Source of the DNA: Sedimentisphaeraceae bacterium JB056
GTDB taxonomy: Bacteria; Planctomycetota; Phycisphaerae; Sedimentisphaerales; Sedimentisphaeraceae
Direction of reading: 5' to 3'
Length of the DNA: 62,015 nucleotides
Assembly: GCA_044440125.1 (NCBI GenBank)
Contig: JBITAJ010000032.1
Span: 1-62,015 of the forward strand
Part shown: positions 9,505 to 17,828 of the stretch, in pieces
Numbering within the stretch: the stretch's first letter is position 1
Layout: every line of letters starts with the position of its first letter
Made by a program: the position numbers and the translations under genes
Notes under the pieces: model-generated
What the model was told of the DNA's origin: nothing
Databases searched by the model: none
Seen by the model: the letters and a program-made list of their open reading frames with translations, nothing else

Positions 9505-10947
9505 ATGGAAATACACTTTTCAGCCTTAAACTACGCTATATTAAGCATTTATCTTTTGATTATGCTGAGCGTTGGCATTATTTTTGCCAGAAAAAACGAG
9601 ACTGCTGAGCAGTATTTCCTTGCCGGACGCAATATGCCGTGGCTTGTAGTTGCAATGAGCATGTTTGCCTCGCTGACAAGCGCGGTAACATTTATGGGTA
9701 TTCCGCATCTGGCATATGTTGATAATGTCTCCATATTCATGGGGGTAATTATAAGCCCCCTGGTAGCACCGGTACTGATAACACTGTTCTACCCTGTCTA
9801 CTGGCGATATAAAGTAACTACCAGTTATGATTATATTGCAATCCGATTCGGCAACAATGCCCGTTACTGCGTATCGAGCCTGTTTGTACTGGCAAGACTC
9901 GGCTGGCTGGGAACAGTGATCTATGCACCGGCAATGGCACTCCACACCGCCACGGGAATCCCGCTCAACATGTCGATAGCACTCATGGGCACCGGAGCAA
10001 CGCTTTACACCCTGCTCGGCGGCCTCAAGGCAGTCTTATGGACTGACGTACTGCAGTTTGTGGTGCTGGCAGGCGGAGCAGTATGGATAGCCCTGAGCCT
10101 TGGAAACGAATTGGGAATATCCAATATCATTCAATCAGCCAATGAAGCGGGAAAACTTGATATTTTTGAATGGGGCATCGATCTCAGTAAAATGACCGCC
10201 ACTGCCGCAATGGTATCCTATTTCTTCATTTTCATGCAGGATTACGGCACCGATCAAATAAGCGTACAGCGGCTTATATCGGTAAAAAGCTTTCGAGGTC
10301 TGGCAAAATCAATAGTGTTCAATTCATTCATGGACGTAATAATAAACGGTATTTTGCTGTTCATCGGCTTAGGGCTTTTCCTTAAATACAGCGGCACCGT
10401 TCTAAGCGGAGAGCTTGAGGATATCGCACTGCTGCCCTTCTACATCGTGACATCGCTGCCTGATGGTATAAGCGGGCTTATCATAACCGGTATATTTGCC
10501 GCGGCAATGTCAAGTATGGACTCCGGGCTCAACTCAGTAAGCACGGTTGTGATAAACGATTTCATCAAGCCGATATCAAGCAGCACAATCTCAGAAGCCA
10601 AGACAATCTCAAATGGACGGCTCATTACACTTGGATTAGGTATATGCTCCACGGCAATGGCATTTCTGGCAAGCAGAATAGGACATATAGTAGAGGTATG
10701 GAGCAATTTCATGGGATTATTCGCAGCACCTGTACTGGCAATGTTTCTGTTGGGATTGTTGTCAAAAAACTCAAAATTCGTTGACTGGGTAATTGGTGTG
10801 CTGCCTGCGATAATTTTAATCCTTCTCCTCCGCAGATTCACCACAACACATTGGATCTATCTCTTCCCTATATCACTAACAACAAATCTGCTGATATCAA
10901 CTTTATCGGGCTTTGTCAGGTTAAAGTGCCTCAAATCAAGTGTGTAA
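9505..10947 (+). CDS. Sodium:solute symporter (SSS family, sugar/sialate-like)
   Basis: YFLAGRNMPW, YTLLGGLKAVLWTD, DQISVQRL, AAAMSSMDSGLNS; ~13 TMs. Confidence 0.93.
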   Translation: MEIHFSALNYAILSIYLLIMLSVGIIFARKNETAEQYFLAGRNMPWLVVAMSMFASLTSAVTFMGIPHLAYVDNVSIFMGVIISPLVAPVLITLFYPVYWRYKVTTSYDYIAIRFGNNARYCVSSLFVLARLGWLGTVIYAPAMALHTATGIPLNMSIALMGTGATLYTLLGGLKAVLWTDVLQFVVLAGGAVWIALSLGNELGISNIIQSANEAGKLDIFEWGIDLSKMTATAAMVSYFFIFMQDYGTDQISVQRLISVKSFRGLAKSIVFNSFMDVIINGILLFIGLGLFLKYSGTVLSGELEDIALLPFYIVTSLPDGISGLIITGIFAAAMSSMDSGLNSVSTVVINDFIKPISSSTISEAKTISNGRLITLGLGICSTAMAFLASRIGHIVEVWSNFMGLFAAPVLAMFLLGLLSKNSKFVDWVIGVLPAIILILLLRRFTTTHWIYLFPISLTTNLLISTLSGFVRLKCLKSSV

Positions 10948-10949
10948 GT

Positions 10950-11106
10950 CGAAAATCCAAGCCATCCTTTGGTTGCACACAGTCTGCCCAAAACCAAAGG
11001 TAAGGGCAGATGCTGTGTACAGGGCACCAATTCTAAAAAAGCACAAATGAGTTACATAATAACCGAACGAAATTCCCAAGCATAACGGAAACTCATTCAA
11101 TCATTA
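10950..11106 (-). ncRNA. Candidate structured non-coding RNA (unassigned)
   Basis: Upstream TTGAAA-17-TATGAT promoter (11141-11113). Hairpin AAUGAGUU/AACUCAUU. A 15-bp bulged hairpin (10975-11020) whose loop is complementary to the adjacent 9 nt (10966-10974). Confidence 0.4.
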
Positions 11107-11408
11107 AAATATATCATAGGCAGATATGCTATTTTTTTCAACCGGATTATTATTGAAAAAACAGGACATATGTTGATTAAGCAGGACTTATGTAGAATTA
11201 CAAGTTTTTGGACACGCTTGCAAGCCAGAATTTCTGGCTGTAGAAATTGAATTATATGCCTTAGTAAGGTAAAGTCTAACAATTTTTGATAATTTATAGT
11301 GATAACATTTCGTGCTAATTAGTATTAATTATATTGTCACAGACCCCGTTATTAAAGATGTAAATCGAACAGTATTGAACAATAATTCACACCACGAAAA
11401 CACAAAGC

Positions 11409-12179
11409 CTATTTCCCTTTGTCTTCCTTAATTTTCATGTCTATAAGCATCTTTATGACATCATTGGCAATAGTCATTCCAAATATAGCTGTAATGGTAG
11501 GTAGCGAACCAAGTGTTTTCCTGGGCCTTCCTCTAAGGTGACCGCGCATTATGTTCTCATCAGTGCTTTGCGGCTCAGCGAGGGCCTGTCTAATCGGCTG
11601 CTGTATAGAGTACACGCAGCGAACATCAAGGCTTACCCCCCTTCTTCGTAATCTTTTGCGAATAGCGGCTGCCAAGGGGCAATAATTAACCTTTTTCAAC
11701 AGTCCGCTGCGTATGAGCGAAGGATCGTCACGAAGTGCTGCTCCCATACTTGAAACAGAGGGTATCGCCCTCTCTTTAAGAGCAATAATAAGCTCTACCT
11801 TGGGAGTAAGTGAATCAATAGCATCAATAACTATATCCGGCTGGCCAGAAAGCACGGCATCCATTGTGTCAGTATGAATGAAGCTGTCAAGCAATTCAAC
11901 CTTACACTCAGGATTTATTTGGCGTACTCTTTCTGCTGCAAGCTCTGTCTTTTTACGCCCTATTGTTGATTCCAGAGCATATATCTGCCTGTTTATATTG
12001 GTTGGGCAAACTACATCAAAGTCTACAAGACGCATTCTTCCAACACCAGCCCTTGCAAGCGCCTCTACCGCATAACCGCCTACAGCACCAAGACCAGCTA
12101 CTACAACAAAACTCTCATTAAGTGACTTCATCCCTGAATCACCGAGCATAAGAGTCGTTCTCTCAAATCTCATATTCAT
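11409..12179 (-). CDS. tcdA: tRNA threonylcarbamoyladenosine dehydratase (ThiF/E1-like)
   Basis: GLGAVGG, EALARAGVG, DFD...TNINRQ, DAIDS, SSMGAA, CPLA. Confidence 0.9.
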   Translation of the reverse strand: MNMRFERTTLMLGDSGMKSLNESFVVVAGLGAVGGYAVEALARAGVGRMRLVDFDVVCPTNINRQIYALESTIGRKKTELAAERVRQINPECKVELLDSFIHTDTMDAVLSGQPDIVIDAIDSLTPKVELIIALKERAIPSVSSMGAALRDDPSLIRSGLLKKVNYCPLAAAIRKRLRRRGVSLDVRCVYSIQQPIRQALAEPQSTDENIMRGHLRGRPRKTLGSLPTITAIFGMTIANDVIKMLIDMKIKEDKGK

Positions 12180-12213
12180 AAATACTTTTAAGCTATTTAG
12201 TCAAGTTATCAAA

Positions 12214-13185
12214 CTAATCATCTATCATCGAAACGCCCATGATCTCAGAAAGGCGATCAAACTCCTCGAGCGAGTAAAAATCTATAACAATCTTCCCTTT
12301 CCTGCCGCTTTTATTTGTACGTATAAGCACTTTGGTTCCAAGCCTGTCACGCATCCTTGTTTCAAGATCAAGAATATTAGCCGGCTTTTCAGGTTTTTCT
12401 GGACCTTCTTTGTCTTGTTTATTCATTGCGTCCAGCTGCTTTTTCACAAGTTTTTCAACCTCACGTACACTGAGACGGCCTGTCAAAGCCCTATATGCAA
12501 GCTTTTTTCGCAGCTCATCACCAGGCAGGCCTAAAATCGCTCTTGCATGCCCCATTGATAAAGCTTTATTAACCAGCATATCCTTTACCTCATGAGGTAA
12601 ATCAAGTAATCTTATGTGATTTGCAATTACAGAACGATTTTCACCAAGTTTTTCGGCTGCTTCTGCCTGTGTTAACTTGAATTTTTGCAGATATTCATGA
12701 TAAGCTTTTGCCCTTTCAATAGGATTCAGATCACTTCGATGAATATTCTCAACCAGGGCCAATTCAAGCATTTGTTCTTCAGTAACATCGCGAATTAATG
12801 CCGGAATACTCTTTGAACCGGCTATTTTTGATGCCCTCCAACGTCTTTCACCCGCAATAAGCTGATATGTTTCGCCATTTTGTCTTAAAACGATAGGCTG
12901 CACAATACCGTTAGCCCTTATAGAATCAACTAATTCTGTTAATTCCTGTTCATCCCACTCTGTTCGAGGTTGATAAGGGTTTGGGGTTATAAGATTCAGG
13001 TCAATCTCCTGTAATCTTGTACCAACAGAACTTTCCTGCTCAGGAGCAGCCGCAGTATTGTTCATGTCTCCCATGAGAGCCTGCAGCCCTTTTCCAAGAT
13101 GCTTAACCGTCTTTTTCGCAGCAGGCTTTTTGACCTGAGGTTTCGCCTTAGGTGCAGTTTTTTTCTTAACCGTTTTCTTTGCCAT
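12214..13185 (-). CDS. parB: Chromosome partitioning protein ParB/Spo0J
   Basis: LGKGLQAL (ParA-contact peptide), PNPYQPR, GERRWRA, ENIHRSDLNPIE, HTH, GHARAIL; parS sites directly upstream. Confidence 0.96.
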   Translation of the reverse strand: MAKKTVKKKTAPKAKPQVKKPAAKKTVKHLGKGLQALMGDMNNTAAAPEQESSVGTRLQEIDLNLITPNPYQPRTEWDEQELTELVDSIRANGIVQPIVLRQNGETYQLIAGERRWRASKIAGSKSIPALIRDVTEEQMLELALVENIHRSDLNPIERAKAYHEYLQKFKLTQAEAAEKLGENRSVIANHIRLLDLPHEVKDMLVNKALSMGHARAILGLPGDELRKKLAYRALTGRLSVREVEKLVKKQLDAMNKQDKEGPEKPEKPANILDLETRMRDRLGTKVLIRTNKSGRKGKIVIDFYSLEEFDRLSEIMGVSMIDD

Positions 13186-13243
13186 TTTCCAATTCCTTTA
13201 TAGATAACAACAGTTCAATATATACACTGAAATCAACCTGCCC

Positions 13244-13272
13244 ATTGTATCAGAGAACATCTTTAAAGTCAA
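13244..13272 (-). promoter_or_regulatory. sigma70 promoter of parB-tcdA
   Basis: TTGACT (13272-13267), 17 bp, TACAAT (13249-13244) with an extended TG. Confidence 0.65.
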
Positions 13273-13276
13273 ACAT

Positions 13277-13373
13277 TGTTCCACGTGAAACAGAAACGCG
13301 AAAGACGGCCGACGAAATGTTTCACGTGAAACATCCTGGGTAGCGAGTAAATAATTTTGTTCCACGTGGAACA
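13277..13373. other. parS: Three parS centromere sites
   Basis: TGTTCCACGTGAAACA 13277-13292, TGTTTCACGTGAAACA 13318-13333, TGTTCCACGTGGAACA 13358-13373, matching the widespread parS consensus. Confidence 0.95.
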
Positions 13374-13379
13374 AATAGA

Positions 13380-13408
13380 TTGCAAACGCGTTTCCTTTCT
13401 GTTATACT
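13380..13408 (+). promoter_or_regulatory. sigma70 promoter of the methyltransferase (leaderless)
   Basis: TTGCAA (13380-13385), 17 bp, TATACT (13403-13408) with an extended TG; ATG 6 nt downstream. Confidence 0.65.
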
Positions 13409-13414
13409 CTTGCC

Positions 13415-14578
13415 ATGAAAACAACTGACAGCAATAAACATAGAGTAATGATTACATGTGCTACCGGTCTGGGGGAATGCCTCAAAGCAGAAGTGGAATC
13501 ACTCGGATATAAGGTTACAGCCAAAAGAGACACTGGTATCGAGCTTTCGGCTACCTGGGAAGATATAATGCGTCTTAATCTGGAATTAAGGACAGGGTTT
13601 TGTATATTGCTCTTACTGAAGGAGTTCAAATGCACACATCCAGACCAGCTGTACAAGACTCTGCTGTCGATAGCATGGGAGGATATATTGCCTATAGACG
13701 GCTACGTGAGTGTAATATGTCGTTGTAAAACTCCAACTATCAAGAATACAATGTTCGCAAATCAGAAGATTAAGGACGGTATTGTTGATAGAATGGTTCA
13801 GCAAACAGGAAAAAGGCCTAATTCGGGTCCTTCACGTGATAAAATAGTAGTAAATGTATACTGGTATGGCGAAAAATGCTGGGTTTATCTAAACACTACC
13901 GGAGTCAAGCTATCAGACAGAGGTTATCGCAAGTTACCTCATTTGGCACCAGTACAGGAGAGTCTGGCCGCCGCATTGCTCAAAACAACAGGTTATGACG
14001 GCAACCAACCTTTAGTAGCCCCTATGTGTGGCAGCGGCACATTTGCGATAGAAGCTGCATTAATTGCTCAAAACAGAGCTCCGGGATTATTAAGAAGCAA
14101 TTACTCTTTCATGCATATAAAAGGGTTTGAAAAGGATCAATGGACAAAAATACGCTCTGAAATACGAAAAAGAACTAAAAAAGAGCTAAGTTACCCAATA
14201 ATAGCATCAGATATTGATGAATTTGCAGTTGAAGCCTCTAAAAAGAATGCTCAAACAGCCGGCGTGGATCATCTAATCAAATTTGAGGTTTGTGATTTCG
14301 CAAAGACAGAGATACCGGAAGAGGGCGGCATATTGATAATGAATCCAGAATATGGACAACGACTTGGTGAAGAGAAGGAATTAGAAGTCACTTATAAAAG
14401 AATTGGTGATTTCATGAAAAAGAAATGTTCTGGATATAATGGATATATTTTCACCGGAAATATCAGCCTCGCTAAAAAAGTCGGCCTTAAAGCATCAAGA
14501 AGATTCGTCTTTTTTAATGCGGATATAGAATGCCGTTTACTTAAATATGAAATATACTCGGGCAGCAAGCAATCGTAA
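13415..14578 (+). CDS. THUMP-domain class I SAM-dependent RNA methyltransferase (RlmL-like, stand-alone)
   Basis: TCATGLG, RGYR, APVQESLAA, PMCGSGTFAIEAA, NPEYG (NPPYG variant). Confidence 0.88.
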   Translation: MKTTDSNKHRVMITCATGLGECLKAEVESLGYKVTAKRDTGIELSATWEDIMRLNLELRTGFCILLLLKEFKCTHPDQLYKTLLSIAWEDILPIDGYVSVICRCKTPTIKNTMFANQKIKDGIVDRMVQQTGKRPNSGPSRDKIVVNVYWYGEKCWVYLNTTGVKLSDRGYRKLPHLAPVQESLAAALLKTTGYDGNQPLVAPMCGSGTFAIEAALIAQNRAPGLLRSNYSFMHIKGFEKDQWTKIRSEIRKRTKKELSYPIIASDIDEFAVEASKKNAQTAGVDHLIKFEVCDFAKTEIPEEGGILIMNPEYGQRLGEEKELEVTYKRIGDFMKKKCSGYNGYIFTGNISLAKKVGLKASRRFVFFNADIECRLLKYEIYSGSKQS

Positions 14579-14603
14579 AACCTTGTAGTGAAGGATTTTA
14601 AGA

Positions 14604-15458
14604 CTAAATAGGCAGGGTAGATACACTCTTTTTTCTTCGGTATGATTCCGGCGTATCATTCATTAGTCGCTTAAAAACACGTCCAAACTGGCTTGCCGAG
14701 GCAAAACCGCAATCAAATGCAACCTTCTTTACACTCAGATCCGTATTCCGGAGTAATTTCAATGCCTGATAGATTCGCTGCTTTTCTATATATTTGCGTG
14801 GAGTTATATTAAGATATTCATTGAAGACACGTGTAAGATGTTCTCTGGAAACATCAACAGCGTGTGAAACTTCACTTACGTTGATCTGATGGTGCAGATT
14901 AGCTGCAATAAACCGTGTAGATTTATTAATCAAAATGTCATTACTTGAATCCAGACGTTCACTGTTACAGCATTCAATGATTGTCATCAGAAGTCGAAAT
15001 ATCAATTCGGCACCAAATGCCGCACTAACCATTTTGCCGTTGTTCTTTTCAAAAGCAAAAAGTTCTCTGAGAGTTGGATCCTGCGAATCAATAGAAAAAA
15101 TGTGTCCATATTTTGATGTGATTTCTTCATAAAGCCGAAATGCGACATCTCCGTTAAAACAGCAATAGATGAATCTCCAATTCTCGTCTGCATCTGAAGG
15201 ATAATAATACTTAGTCTCATTTGATGGTATATCCATCAAAAAAAGCTGGCCGGGACCAACTATATTCACTTTCCCATTGACTTCAAGTACGCCAAAACCG
15301 CTTAGCGTGTATTTCAATACAATATGGTGTACATCACCACGATTAGAATTGTCGTAGTAGTAGTCCGGAGAATCGATAATCTCGGAAGCAACCAATAAAA
15401 GACGAGGCAAAAAAGACTCGCTTTGAATAGTATCTATTTTGCTATACCACTCTATCAT
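14604..15458 (-). CDS. AraC family transcriptional regulator
   Basis: Cupin-like N-terminus; C-terminal double HTH (SREHLTRVF...VAFDCGF...FKRLMNDTPESYR); divergent from GH4. Confidence 0.92.
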   Translation of the reverse strand: MIEWYSKIDTIQSESFLPRLLLVASEIIDSPDYYYDNSNRGDVHHIVLKYTLSGFGVLEVNGKVNIVGPGQLFLMDIPSNETKYYYPSDADENWRFIYCCFNGDVAFRLYEEITSKYGHIFSIDSQDPTLRELFAFEKNNGKMVSAAFGAELIFRLLMTIIECCNSERLDSSNDILINKSTRFIAANLHHQINVSEVSHAVDVSREHLTRVFNEYLNITPRKYIEKQRIYQALKLLRNTDLSVKKVAFDCGFASASQFGRVFKRLMNDTPESYRRKKSVSTLPI

Positions 15459-15601
15459 ATCACAAAATGTATATCAATATCAAATTTTTCCTATTTTTAA
15501 TGCCATAAAGTCTTATTATAATCTTTTTAACACTTGCAAAGCAAGCACAAAAAGTATAAAACATAGTTTGAAGAAAACAATATTCAGCATGGAGATAAAA
15601 A

Positions 15602-16939
15602 ATGGCAAAAATTACATTTATGGGAGCCGGCAGCACTATATTCGCCAAGAATGTTCTGGGCGACTGTATGCTGCATCCTGCTCTTTCTGATTCTGAGATA
15701 GCTCTATACGACATCGACCCGGTAAGGTTGGAAGAATCGAAACTGATGCTTGACAACATCAATACCAATGTGAATGCAGGAAAAGCCTGCATAAAGTCGT
15801 ATCTTGGTAAGGAAAATATAAAAGATGCGTTGAAGGATTCTCAATACGTCATTAACGCTATACAGGTAGGGGGGTATGAACCGGCAACTGTTACGGATTT
15901 TGAAATTCCAAAGAAATACGGTCTCCGTCAAACGATCGCAGACACACTCGGTATAGGTGGAATATTCCGCAGCCTGAGAACAATCCCCGTTGTCCTTGAA
16001 TTCGCAGAAGAAATAATGAACGTTTGTCCTGATGCATGGTTCTTGAACTACGTAAACCCAATGGCGATCATAACGGGAGCTCTGTTAAAGGGAACCGGCA
16101 TGAAAACGATAGGTCTATGCCATTCCGTACAGGATTGTGTGAAGAACCTCTTTGAAAGTCTTGAAATGGACTTAGAAGGTCGTAATATTGAATATTTCAA
16201 TGCCGGTATAAACCATATGTGCTGGCTTTTGAGTATCACAGAAAATGGCCGTGATCTTTATCCTGAAATCAAGGAAAAAGCAGCTAAAATAGTAAGCCAG
16301 GCAAGAATAAAAGGCAATGAAAAGCATTCTGACATGATCAGGCTTGAAATGATGAGACATTTCGGCTACTACATTGCCGAGTCAAGTGAGCATTTCGCCG
16401 AATATCTGCCTTATTGGATAAAAACAACACATCCTCATCTTATTGAAGAATTTAATATCCCTCTTGATGAATATCCTCGCAGGTGTAGAATTCAAATAGA
16501 GGGATGGGATAAAGACAAGCAGGAAATAATTGGCGATAAATCACTTACGCATGAAATGAGTAAGGAATACGGGTCAAGGATTATTAACGCTATTGAAACA
16601 GACCAGCCATATAAATTCTGGGGAAATGTTATTAACGATAATTTTATTGAAAACTTACCCAGTGAAGCGATTGTTGAGATTCCATGTTATGCCGATAAAA
16701 GCGGAATCAATGGAATCAAAACAGGCAAATTGCCTACTCAATGTGCTGCTCTTAATATGACTAACGTAAACGTCCAACTGCTTGCCATTGAAGCCGCTCT
16801 GACTCTTGATAGGGAAAAGGTGTACCAAGCAGCAATGCTTGACCCTCACACCGCTTCAGAGCTCAGTTTAGATGAAATTGTAAAGCTATGTGATGAATTA
16901 TTCGATGCACATGCTGCATACTTACCTGAATATAAGTAA
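15602..16939 (+). CDS. melA: Glycoside hydrolase family 4 alpha-galactosidase/alpha-glucosidase
   Basis: GAGSTIF, QTIADTLGIGGIFR, LNYVNPM, GLCHSVQ, GINHM, ESSEHFAEY. Confidence 0.88.
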   Translation: MAKITFMGAGSTIFAKNVLGDCMLHPALSDSEIALYDIDPVRLEESKLMLDNINTNVNAGKACIKSYLGKENIKDALKDSQYVINAIQVGGYEPATVTDFEIPKKYGLRQTIADTLGIGGIFRSLRTIPVVLEFAEEIMNVCPDAWFLNYVNPMAIITGALLKGTGMKTIGLCHSVQDCVKNLFESLEMDLEGRNIEYFNAGINHMCWLLSITENGRDLYPEIKEKAAKIVSQARIKGNEKHSDMIRLEMMRHFGYYIAESSEHFAEYLPYWIKTTHPHLIEEFNIPLDEYPRRCRIQIEGWDKDKQEIIGDKSLTHEMSKEYGSRIINAIETDQPYKFWGNVINDNFIENLPSEAIVEIPCYADKSGINGIKTGKLPTQCAALNMTNVNVQLLAIEAALTLDREKVYQAAMLDPHTASELSLDEIVKLCDELFDAHAAYLPEYK

Positions 16940-16963
16940 ATTTCTTTCAAATATACACTTCTC

Positions 16964-16997
16964 AAGTGCTGATTTGTTATACAAGTCAGCACTTTTT
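16964..16997 (+). terminator. Rho-independent terminator
   Basis: AAGTGCTGATTTGT-TAT-ACAAGTCAGCACTT followed by TTT after melA. Confidence 0.8.
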
Positions 16998-17035
16998 CAT
17001 TTTAAATACTTAATTTGTGCAAAAAGAAGATAAAT

Positions 17036-17747
17036 TGTGGAAATGTTTCAAGACCCAAAATGTCTACTTTATTGTTTCACTTTGCGTGTTGTTGGATGTT
17101 TATTATATTCTTATATATAATATTTAAATAAAGTAGTAATAGTAATAGGGCTTGTGAGTTTGTGAGATTATGTGGAGCTTGATTTTATAACATGTTATAA
17201 CGAATAATATTACAATCAAAAAGTTATCCCGAATTTTTGTGGACAACTTGTTACTTAATCTGATAGAAATGTTGAGAAATGTAACAGAAAATTGTTAGTT
17301 TCCGGAATACTATCAATTGCCTGTTAGTAAACGAGCAAAAACTAACAGTAATCTCACAAGTTATCCACAAAGAATGTAACAGTCTTGATATGTGGATAAC
17401 CTGATAGTTTTCAACGTTGAAAAGTGGAAAACTTGAATGCTAATTAAATGTTGGCGAGTTATATTTTCTGCTATGGTGGAAAACCTGATCTTTTTGTGGA
17501 GAAAATGTACCACAAGCTAAGTGTCTATTTTGGCTTTGTATAGTATAAATGCGTGCTTAAACCATTAAAAAAGAGGGTTTTAGAATCTAAGTTGTGAATT
17601 TGTAGAAGTGTCATATAATTATACAGTAACACGTGCCTTTTATTGACATGTCTGCTGTGTTTCAGGCAGCGGTCAAATTGTCTGAAGATTTGGTGATATC
17701 GGCAAAAGGTTATTTTTTGATAAAACCTGTCGTTTATCGTATCCACA
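17036..17747. other. oriC: Chromosomal replication origin (oriC)
   Basis: Perfect DnaA boxes at 17361-17369 and 17391-17399. Near-consensus boxes at 17036, 17224, 17238, 17475, 17495, 17506, 17739. AT-rich tract 17101-17130. DnaA-trio run 17131-17148 plus GGCT. Gene-free region close to parS. Confidence 0.85.
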
Positions 17748-17828
17748 GGATTTTTTAATTGGCCAGATCTTTTAATTTTGTGATTTGATTATATTTCGTT
17801 ACGTTATTTCAGCGTAAGACATTTATAG

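Noticed and set aside
10950..11106. Assignment of the structured RNA to 6S, SRP, tmRNA, RNase P or a known ribozyme
   Set aside because: No SRP helix-8 motif, tRNA-like ends, GAGGAAAGUC or CUGANGA core; the strong hairpin is 3'-terminal rather than central as in 6S
13277..13373. Three regularly spaced palindromic repeats resembling a mini CRISPR array
   Set aside because: The repeats are 16 bp, match the parS consensus, sit next to parB, and no cas genes are present
17525..17746. 73-aa ORF inside the origin region
   Set aside because: No SD or motifs; overlaps DnaA boxes; likely spurious
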